The notes under the pieces: model-generated
Databases searched by the model: none
Seen by the model: the letters and a program-made list of their open reading frames with translations, nothing else
Told to the model about the DNA's origin: nothing
Part shown: piece after piece, positions 54,810 through 64,000 of the stretch
Numbering within the stretch: position 1 is the first letter of the stretch
How the letters are laid out: each line of letters starts with the position of its first letter
Assembly: GCA_012295275.1 (NCBI GenBank)
Contig: CM022671.1
Span: 6,138,001-6,202,000 of the forward strand
Reading direction: 5' to 3'
From: Chrysomallon squamiferum
Lineage: Eukaryota > Animalia > Mollusca
DNA length: 64,000 nt
Program-made: the position numbers and the translations under genes

Positions 54810-56942
54810 TTATTCACACAATGGCGTCACTGAATACACTCCAGACTGCCAGTTAGATTCTTGCGACTGGGATACGCTGTTTTCCCTTAGTGTGGAGTGA
54901 CATCTCGGTTTTAAAACCTGCAAAACGTTCTTCCAGAACTGTTCAGTGGCCGCAGATTCGGCGGGATATTCAATGTAATTCCCTTTGTCAAGAATATCAA
55001 ACAAAACATTGTTCATGTGCTTCAGGTCGATGTTGCCCACCTTTATGTAGATGAGAGATCCTTCTTCGCGAGAACCCACGTGTTTTATTATCAAGTTCAG
55101 AGTGAACATGCTCCACTCGTCCTTGGCTAAATTGTCAGTTAAGAGAACAATAAAACATCTGCTATTAGGAATAGTTTCCATAATGCAGTCCACTTTGTAT
55201 GCACCAGGTACAAATTCTCTCTGGTGTAAACACAGGGATACATTTTCCTCGTCTTCCAGTTTGGGCAGAAGTTTGTTTACAACCCATGTGATATCGTCAC
55301 CAGAATAACACAAAAATGCGTCATATGTGAATTCACTGATTATTGGCTGATATCTTCCTTGACGCAGAAGAAAGATGAAATAGCGGAAGTGCCATCTGAA
55401 ATGATACAAAACGGAGCCGATGATAAGAAGTATAAGAAAGAAAACGGAGGCAAACATTATGATGAGAGAAACTGTAGATGCAAGCAGACATTTTTGTATT
55501 CCCATTGTTTTTGCAAAATCTGTCAAGTTTTTTCCCATTTGAGAATTAGGACTTGCACAGTGGTATTCCTCTGTGGATTTCTTAAATATCTTGTTGTATC
55601 TGTCATCCGAGAACACCTGCAGAAACCAGAGCAGCTCGCACGTGCAGGCAAAGGGGTTGTAGCCCAAATCAATGGTGTCAATATCCTCAAAGTTTTCTGG
55701 CAGTGAAAATTCGTTGATGATGGGTATCTCGTTATAATGTAAGTTAATATATTGGATATTTGGAGGGAAATTGTTGCCGTGTAAATGAGTGATTTCGTTC
55801 CTGGCAATGCGGAGGCGAGTTAAGTGGGGAAAAGATAAGTTTGGGAAGAAACGAAGTATGTTGTCACTGAGACCAAGATACTGCAGTGTGTTCCACATTG
55901 GCTGAAACAGTGAGGAGAAGTAAGTCGAGTTTGTTTCTGTCATTATGTTGCCACTGAGTTCCAAATTCTTGATATTGCTGCATCCGTGAAAAGCTTTTGA
56001 CGATATCTGACCCTCAAAACGTATTTCGCTGTTCTTCATTGATATGGTTTGCACGTGACTGTTGTTGATAGCGTAAGCGTCGATCCGTTTTAAACCACAG
56101 GTAGAGTTCATCTGCAGTTCGTTTAATTTCGACAAACAAAAAAATGTGTTGTTGTGAATTGTTCTGATTGGGTTTAGCGATAAATCCAGATAGGAAAGAT
56201 TTGGAGCACAGCAGAACAGATAATGTTTTACGTATTTGAAATTATTTTCCACCAGTTCCAGTCTCTTCAGGGCGGATATAGAAATGTTTTCGTAGCAGAA
56301 CAAAGAGAGACTGTTGGAGTTGAGTACGAGGGTTGACATTGTCATGTCACTCATCAGCGTGAGATTATAAATGAAATTTTTACTCAGGTCAAGGTAAGAC
56401 AGATGACGAAGAGGACGGAACACAGACATATTAATTTTTTGAAAGTTATTGAAACCCATATTTAGTTTCTGAATGCCGGACCGGTTAAGATTGACAAAGA
56501 AGTTTTCTTTGATGCCATTCAAAAGAAGTCCGTTCAAACTCAGGTGTTTAAACTTTGGACGATTCAGGGACTGAAAAGTGTGTTGCAAATCGGTTTTAGA
56601 TATAACGTTTTGATCCAAAATTAATATCTTCAGAGATGTTAATCTTGTGAAAGCATTACTGGACACGTGAGTGATATGATTTTCAGAGATGTTAAGAAAT
56701 GTGATGTTGTATCGAGGAAACGCTATCACTTGGAAAGTTTCACTGGTTAGATTTCCCAGATTGTTATTTCCAAAGTCGAGATCTGTAACGGTTGAAGGAA
56801 GATCTCTCGGTATGGAAGTCAGGCCTCTGTTTGAACAGTCAGCGTGTGTACCATACCAGTGCAGCTTACATTTTCTTTCCCTTGTAGTAGCTGCACAAGT
56901 CACCCACAACAAAAGACACAGCCTGATTACAGTGTCCCGCAT
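54810..56942 (-). CDS. TLR: Toll-like receptor C, 710 aa, intact
   Basis: Signal peptide (MRDTVIRLCLLLWVTCAA); LRRNT CKLHWYGTHADCSNRGL; LRRs; LRRCT NPFACTCELLWF; TM; TIR YDAFLCYS...LCLHQREFVPG...FW. Confidence 0.97.
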   Translation of the reverse strand: MRDTVIRLCLLLWVTCAATTRERKCKLHWYGTHADCSNRGLTSIPRDLPSTVTDLDFGNNNLGNLTSETFQVIAFPRYNITFLNISENHITHVSSNAFTRLTSLKILILDQNVISKTDLQHTFQSLNRPKFKHLSLNGLLLNGIKENFFVNLNRSGIQKLNMGFNNFQKINMSVFRPLRHLSYLDLSKNFIYNLTLMSDMTMSTLVLNSNSLSLFCYENISISALKRLELVENNFKYVKHYLFCCAPNLSYLDLSLNPIRTIHNNTFFCLSKLNELQMNSTCGLKRIDAYAINNSHVQTISMKNSEIRFEGQISSKAFHGCSNIKNLELSGNIMTETNSTYFSSLFQPMWNTLQYLGLSDNILRFFPNLSFPHLTRLRIARNEITHLHGNNFPPNIQYINLHYNEIPIINEFSLPENFEDIDTIDLGYNPFACTCELLWFLQVFSDDRYNKIFKKSTEEYHCASPNSQMGKNLTDFAKTMGIQKCLLASTVSLIIMFASVFFLILLIIGSVLYHFRWHFRYFIFLLRQGRYQPIISEFTYDAFLCYSGDDITWVVNKLLPKLEDEENVSLCLHQREFVPGAYKVDCIMETIPNSRCFIVLLTDNLAKDEWSMFTLNLIIKHVGSREEGSLIYIKVGNIDLKHMNNVLFDILDKGNYIEYPAESAATEQFWKNVLQVLKPRCHSTLRENSVSQSQESNWQSGVYSVTPLCE

Positions 56943-57011
56943 GACTGCACAACGAATACTACAAGTAGTTTTGTATGTTTACTTTATAAACTTCTCTCAG
57001 CACTTGCTCGT

Positions 57012-57022
57012 GGGAATTTTTC
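57012..57022. promoter_or_regulatory. kappaB-like site GGGAATTTTTC ~70 nt 5' of the TLR-C ATG
   Basis: Motif match only. Confidence 0.2.
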
Positions 57023-57135
57023 TGTTTCAAACGTCTGTTTCCAACTTTCAAGCAGGAAGAAAATAATGTTCTGGTTTTTTTCTTATTCTGTGGTAAAAAA
57101 AAAATAATAATAATAATAAATAAATAAATAAATTT

Positions 57136-57218
<83 letters not shown>

Positions 57219-57620
57219 AAAAATAATTTAAAAAATAAAACACTTATATAAATAAAGAAAGAACTACCTTGTATAAATATTTTGTCGTCAGTAACCGTGT
57301 ACACGTTAATGTTTCTGTTTCCTACTAGTGTGACAAACGTCTCTTGACCCACCTTCAAGCAGGAAGAAAATTGATATGTGAAAAAAATCTTCTGTTGTCA
57401 ACCGATTGTTTTTTGTTTTTCCTTATTCTGTGCAAAAAAATAAAAATAAATAAAAAATTAAAAAAATGAAAAAAATAAAAAATAAATAAATAAATAAATA
57501 AAAGTAAATTAAAAGTAAATTAAAATTAAATTAAAAATAATTTAGAAAATAAAATAATTCTAAATAAATAGAGAAGTACCTTGTGTAAAGATCCTGTCGC
57601 CAGTAACCGTGTACACACCT
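57015..57620 (-). repeat. Degenerate ~310-340-bp tandem duplication in the TLR-C 5' region; each copy carries a putative 5'UTR intron (57088-57267, 57428-57579)
   Basis: Repeated ttcaagcaggaagaaaat, cttattctgtg and accttgt.taaa.at..tgtcg.cagtaaccgtgtacac. On the minus strand these read AAG|GTA donors and (T)n..CAG acceptors. Confidence 0.6.
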
Positions 57621-58096
57621 CTCGTGAATGACACTAAACCCGTTTTAACGAGTTCACAATGTATTGACGACACAAACACGGTATTCGCGATATTTTTACA
57701 CAAACACAGTATGTCCTGACACAGTATCCGATATGTTTCTGTAAGAACAATATTCACTTTTGTGTTCATATAGTTTATGCACATCTAGGTGTTAACAAAC
57801 TGTGTCTCAAAATGGCTTCCAAATTTACCTTTCCGAAACTACATTGCTCACAACCGGAAATATATTCTTATCACAGAAAGTACCCTCAAGACTAAAATAT
57901 AAAAGAAAAAAATCCGGGTCAGTATCAAAATCGCATTATGTCGAAGATGTAGTTGTATGAATAAGGCACAAACGTGTTTAGACAAACTTCTTATTTACTA
58001 GGGAACTGTCTGTTATTGATAGAACTCTATTTCCGAATCGACGTCCGTAATATTAATTTTTTAGCAATGTCTGTGTCTGTATGTATGTTTCTGTGA

Positions 58097-58147
<51 letters not shown>

Positions 58148-58624
58148 TGAACCTGTTGCATTTCATATAAACTTTTAACAATGCACTGAAGTGAAAACAC
58201 ATACATGAAGACTGGAGGAAAACTAACAGATAAATCTAATGTATTTCTTTTTGAAAATGTCTTTCATTAACTTACACGTAAGTAAAATATTTATCAAAAA
58301 TCTTTATTACAATCTAATTTACAAATAAACGTATGCAAATCGATTCAGAAAATGAGATTATCGTGATATTACCTTTGTGAAGTTTTTCACCATACAATTA
58401 TTTCAAAGAACATAACATTTGTTTTTATGTTCATTGTTTGTTTTTTTGTTTGTTTTTTTTTTTTTTTTTTTTTTTTTTTTGGGGGTTCAGGTTGCATGAA
58501 GTGAATTTATAAGTTACGAACTGTTGTGTAATCTCTGTCTATTAAGTAAAAAAAAATAAATAAATAAAAAAAATAATAATAAAAGAAGAAGAAGAACAAG
58601 AATCAAGGTAGATAAAAATAATTA

Positions 58625-58865
58625 TTTTGTTTAATGACACAACATATTTTTAATAAAGGTTATATTAACGTCATATTCTGATAAAGAAAACGCTGAAGAT
58701 AATTTTTTTTTTTCTTCAGTTAGCTGCTGCAAGTAATCTTTTAAATGTGCAAAAATATAATACATACTATGGTCTTTATTATTTCATTTTGAGAGCAACT
58801 AGCTGGAATGAGAAATGGACCGACAGCCCTATTCCCAGAGATCGATCCAATAATCTATCGCAGAT
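58625..58865 (-). mobile_element. Meta-type SINE remnant
   Basis: Antisense core and head motifs in the expected order: tttgtttaatgacac...gcaagtaatcttttaaatg...catactatggtcttt...gcaactagctggaatgagaaat...gagatcgatcc. Confidence 0.55.
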
Positions 58866-59190
58866 TAGATCAGATATGAGCTAAATTATTTCATGATAAT
58901 AAATAAATAAATAAATGTAAAATGAAATATGTACAAAACTTAATAACCAGTATAAAAATAATTCACTGTTGGATGGCAGTTATCAGTGTTTTGTGCTGGT
59001 ATGAATTATAGCTGGATATGAGTAATATTACATAATTAATATTATTATTAATAAATAACATCTGATATAAAACAAGTTATTTGACAGTAGGTGTATGTAT
59101 TCTTTGTAAAATGTACATTTAAATGGAAAACGTTTTTCACGAATGAGTTCAAAACTGCATGTTTGTTGTTTTTACTGTTTTAATTTTAAT

Positions 59191-59221
<31 letters not shown>

Positions 59222-59565
59222 GGGAGAGGTTTGTTGTTTGTGTTGTTTGTTAGTTGGGTTGTTTTGTGTATGAGATTTTTGTTCTCTTTTTTCTTTCTGT
59301 CTTTTTTTTTCTTCTTTTTTTTTGAAATTAACTGGCCATGTTAGTGAAAATCTATCCATAATTATCTAGACAAGCTAAATGATGGATTCTAGGTTATGCA
59401 AGTATAAACCTACTACTAGAACTTGACTCTGATACACTGTCAGATTTAAAACTGTTTTAGTGACACTCAGATTCATTATGTTTTATAATGGACATTTCCA
59501 ACTGGAGAAAGTAACAAAAACAAAGTGTAAAATCTTTATGGTGGTAATAATCAAACTAACTAATA

Positions 59566-59601
<36 letters not shown>

Positions 59602-60263
59602 TAATAATAATAATAATAATAATAATAATTGTTTTGTTGTTGTGTAAATGGTTGTATCTCTGCATGTTTTCTTTTCTTTCTTTCTTTCTTTCTTCTATTT
59701 TTTTTTTATTATTATTATTGTTTATATTTTTTTATTATTATTATTTTTTTTTTGGTTTCTTTCGATCTAGGTTTCTTAAACTGTTTGTGTGGAAACGTGT
59801 TAATACATTTCTTGATGTTATTGAAAAACATGTTCAGATTTTTGCAATTATTGCATCATATTCACGCAGCAGATGAAATAAACGTAGCAATGGTTTACTT
59901 ACTCGTAATGAACTTAATATACACAAATTAAGTTTTATTTGAAACGAGAAGTCACAAGAAAAAGCCATATATATATATATGTATATGTATATTTATATGA
60001 TATCTATTTATTTTTTTTATTTCCTTTGTTATAATATCATGGTTATACTTAATTATCAGAAAATATATTATTTTTACATCATCGGATTAAAAACAAACAA
60101 TAACGTGAAAATACAAAACATTTATTTAGGCTATATTTCATAACACTGTAAGTTAGTAAGAAGATATAACAAAATTATTAGATTTTAAAATATATTAAAA
60201 TATTATCATGCTATATATATATATGATTAGTTACGTTATCGTTTTACTTGTTTCTTATTAATA

Positions 60264-60303
<40 letters not shown>

Positions 60304-60936
60304 ACACACTTATGTATTTGTGTACTGAGTTGCATGAACCCAAACGATCAAATTGATTAAATTGGATTATTTCTTGTCGGTAGAGGTTAGTGTAGAAAAC
60401 GTTTGTTTAATAACCAGTCTTTATCACTCAGAAATTCGAGATGGGCGTTGCATTGAATTCAATCTGCACAACTGATTTTTTGTTGTTGTTGTTGTTGTTG
60501 TTGTTATTTTTGTATACACAACCGGCCACTTACGTCGCTATTTCATGGTTATACTTAACTATCAGAAGCTATGTCAATGGACGAAATACAAATCAACTCG
60601 GCCGGTTTGCTAATTTAAACAAAAAATGAATCACTAAATAATTTGCTTCTATCCCGTTTTGTGATCACCGAGAAAACACGATTTTATTTAGTTTGATTTT
60701 ATTTAATTTTATTATATTCATATATTCATTCAATAATTGAATAGGATACTGACGAGTCAGTCTTTCCAAACATTTTGCTTCCATTATTCATCTATAATTA
60801 TAGTGACATAAGTACAGTATTCACAATCTATTGATACAAAAATATTTACATTTTCTTTTAATACATATTAACACTAAGAGATCCTCTCCATAATAATTAA
60901 GAACCATGTCTTTTTTTTTAAATCATCATCATCAAC

Positions 60937-60995
<59 letters not shown>

Positions 60996-62182
60996 TAATA
61001 AATAAATTATAAAATAAAATAAAATACATAGAAAAAAATAACACTTTTTCTCAGCATTTCAACTTCATATTTACATTAATTATATATTTGATAAAGTTCT
61101 AGTTTTATAAATAAGTTATACTCCTATTAATTATAGTAAATTTTTACATTTTCATTTAAATTTATATTTTGTTTGCCTTTTACATGAGAGGTCATCAAGC
61201 TAATATATCTACTCTCATTTATTATATATAACTATTTGTTGTTCTAAAATTTACTTTATGATTTATCCTTAAATTTTTATTGAAGTTCAAAATCTACATC
61301 TAATGAAATTCATTCAACATATGACGTCATAATTATAATTCAGCTTAATGACGCCATTGTTGTCACTTTGTCAATTTTGAAATCGAACAAGAACAGTCTG
61401 GTAATGTGTACCTCTTAAATCTATTATTGTTGTTGTTCTTGTTGTTGTTTTGGGATTGTAGTGTTATTGTTGTTGTTTTTGCTTTTTTTGATTGGTGGAT
61501 TTACTTTTATTAATTAATTTATTTGTTTGTTTGTTTTAATATTCAAATTTCCATTTCCTTACAGTCATTTAATACGTCTGTTTTTATTTCTTGATCAGGA
61601 ATATAAATTTACCTCAGTGCAGTTCTTTTAGACAGCTGTACATTTACTATTATAACAAAAACACAACAAAACTAAATTCACAGATATTCAAACATGTACA
61701 AGTAATATACAGTACACGATCGGAGAAGAGCAACTCAGACGAACATTTGGATAGATATAGCTGTTCTTCCGTCAGAGATAGCTCTAAATAAATGGGGTTT
61801 TTTAGCTAATTCTTGCCAACCGTACGATTGGCAACGATTGCGGCTAGGATGCTCATTTAACAATTATTTTGGCTTTACGTTCCTTTAGATCAGTCATTTT
61901 CGAGTTTCCTCGTACGAAAAAAAAAAATCAAATCAAAAATAAAAGTAATAAAAAAAAAAAATGGCCATGAATCCGATTTGTTACATTTCTTCATTCCCCC
62001 CCCCAGGTAAATAGAAAACACTGAAAGTTTTTTTTAAATATTTACAAATAAGTCATATCAATATTTGTTTACATCACTAAAAAGGTTAGTACTTTTCAGT
62101 AACTGAAATAACGCACATTCCTCAAAGAAAAAAGTATAATACCATTTTACTAATAATACACAAACTTGCAGACTAATATAGG

Positions 62183-62286
<104 letters not shown>

Positions 62287-62374
62287 TGTATATGGATTAT
62301 TGAACAAAATGTTTCTAATCTGCTTAATGAATGTATTAAGGAATAAATCAACTTTCCTCTTCTTCTTGTCTTCT

Positions 62375-64000
62375 TTATTCACACAATGGCGTCACTGAAT
62401 ACACTCCAGACTGCCAGTTAGATTCTTGCGACTGGGATACGCTGTTTTCCCTTAGTGTGGAGTGACATCTCGGTTTTAAAACCTGCAAAACATTCTTCCA
62501 GAACTGTTCAGTGGCCGCAGATTCGGCGGGATATTCAATGTAATTCCCTTTGTCAAGAATATCAAACAAAACATTGTTCATGTGCTTCAGGTCGATGTTG
62601 CCCACCTTTATGTAGATGAGAGATCCTTCTTCGCGAGAACCCACGTGTTTTATTATCAAGTTCAGAGTGAACATGCTCCAGTCGTCCTTGGCTAAATTGT
62701 CAGTTAACAGAACAATAAAACGTCTGCTAGTACGAATAGTTTGCATAATGCAGTCCACTTTGTATGCACCAGGTTCAAATTCTCTCTGGTGTAAACACAG
62801 AGACAAATTTTCCTCGTTTTCCAGTTTGGGCAGAAGTTTGTTTACAACCCAAATGATATCGTCACCAGAATAACACAAAAATGCGTCATATGTGAATTCA
62901 CTGATTATTGGTTGATATCTTGCTTGACGCAGAAGAAAGATGAAATAGCGGAAGTGCCATCTGAAATGGTACAAAACGGAGCCGATGATAAGAAGTATAA
63001 GAAAGAAAACGGAGGCAAAAATTATGATGAGAGAAACTGTAGATGCAAGCAGACATTTTTGTATTCCCATTGTTTTTGCAAAATCTGTCAAGTTTTTTCC
63101 GTTCTGAGAACTAGGGCTTGCACACTTGTATTCCTCTGTGGATTTCTTAAATATCTTGTTGTATCTGTCATCCGAGAACACCTGCAGAAACCAGAGCAGC
63201 TCGCACGTGCAGGCAAAGGGGTTGTAGCCCAAATCAATGGTGTCGATATCCTCAAAGTTTTCGGGGAGTGAAAATTCGTTGATGATGGTTATCTCGTTAT
63301 CATATAAGTTAATATATTGGATATTTGGAGGGAAATTGTTGCCGTGTAAATGAGTGATTTCGTTGCTGGCAATGCGGAGGCGAGTTAAGTGGGGAAAAGA
63401 TAAGTTTGGGAAGAAACGAAGTATGTTGTCACTGAGACCAAGATACTGCAGTGTGTTCCACATTGGCTGAAACAGTGAGGAGAAGTAAGTCGAGTTTGTT
63501 TCTGTCATTATGTTGCCACTGAGTTCCAAATTCTTGATATTGCTGCATCCGTGAAAAGCTTTTGACGATATCTGACCCTCAAAACGTATTTCGCTGTTCT
63601 TCATTGATATGGTTTGCACGTGACTGTTGTTGATAGCGTAAGCGTCGATCCGTTTTAAATCACTGATAAGGTTCATCTGCAGTTCGTTTAATTTCGACAA
63701 ACAAAAAAATGTATTGTTGTGAATTGTTCTGATTGGGTTTAGCGATAAATGCAGATAGGAAAGATTTGGAGCACAGCAGAACAGATAATGTTTTACGTAT
63801 TTGAAATTATTTTTCACCAGTTCCAGTTTCTTCAGGGCGGATATAGAAATGTTTTCGTAGCAGAACAAAGAGAGACTGTTGGAGTTGAGTACGAGGGTTG
63901 ACACTGTCATGTCACTCATCAGCGTGAGATTATAAATGAAATTTTTACTCAGGTCAAGGTAAGACAGATGACGAAGAGGACGGAACACAGACATATTAAT
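62375..64000 (-). CDS. TLR: Toll-like receptor D, recent paralog of TLR-C; 5' part lies beyond the window edge
   Basis: The 539 visible aa are collinear with TLR-C, with about 26 substitutions by manual count. The frame stays open to position 64000 (..ATT AAT ATG = INM, as in TLR-C). Confidence 0.96.
   Translation of the reverse strand: MNMSVFRPLRHLSYLDLSKNFIYNLTLMSDMTVSTLVLNSNSLSLFCYENISISALKKLELVKNNFKYVKHYLFCCAPNLSYLHLSLNPIRTIHNNTFFCLSKLNELQMNLISDLKRIDAYAINNSHVQTISMKNSEIRFEGQISSKAFHGCSNIKNLELSGNIMTETNSTYFSSLFQPMWNTLQYLGLSDNILRFFPNLSFPHLTRLRIASNEITHLHGNNFPPNIQYINLYDNEITIINEFSLPENFEDIDTIDLGYNPFACTCELLWFLQVFSDDRYNKIFKKSTEEYKCASPSSQNGKNLTDFAKTMGIQKCLLASTVSLIIIFASVFFLILLIIGSVLYHFRWHFRYFIFLLRQARYQPIISEFTYDAFLCYSGDDIIWVVNKLLPKLENEENLSLCLHQREFEPGAYKVDCIMQTIRTSRRFIVLLTDNLAKDDWSMFTLNLIIKHVGSREEGSLIYIKVGNIDLKHMNNVLFDILDKGNYIEYPAESAATEQFWKNVLQVLKPRCHSTLRENSVSQSQESNWQSGVYSVTPLCE

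Noticed and set aside
54813-54845. ITIM-like VYSV in the TLR-C/D tail
   Set aside because: The context SGVYSVT does not fit (S/I/V/L)xYxx(I/V/L).

Overview
AT-rich, microsatellite-dense animal (eukaryotic) genomic DNA. It is probably a gastropod mollusc, inferred from the SINE family and the receptor type. The right third holds a head-to-tail cluster of four Toll-like receptor genes on the minus strand, each with an intron-less coding region (LRRNT, ~13-15 LRRs, single LRRCT, TM, TIR). TLR-A (42333-44337) has its ATG and signal peptide one base out of frame with the rest of the ORF. TLR-B is at 47062-49257 and TLR-C at 54810-56942. TLR-D (62375->64000) is a recent ~7.8-kb tandem duplicate of TLR-C and is cut by the window edge. 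TLR-A and TLR-B have divergent ectodomains but an almost identical ~400-bp TIR tract, except for a short island just after the BB loop. The C/D pair concentrates its TIR substitutions in that same segment. All four TIRs lack the usual WCxFE glutamate, and A/B carry Leu at the BB-loop Pro position. The left 42 kb is largely non-coding. It holds a decayed Penelope-like retroelement (RT + GIY-YIG), a decayed ISL2EU/Harbinger-type DNA transposon with a nested Meta-type SINE, a second tRNA-derived SINE that sits next to (ACAT)n arrays, several minisatellites, and a speculative spliced gene at 361-5550. Almost all short ORFs in the track are microsatellite artefacts. All alignments and counts were done by eye; no database searches were run.
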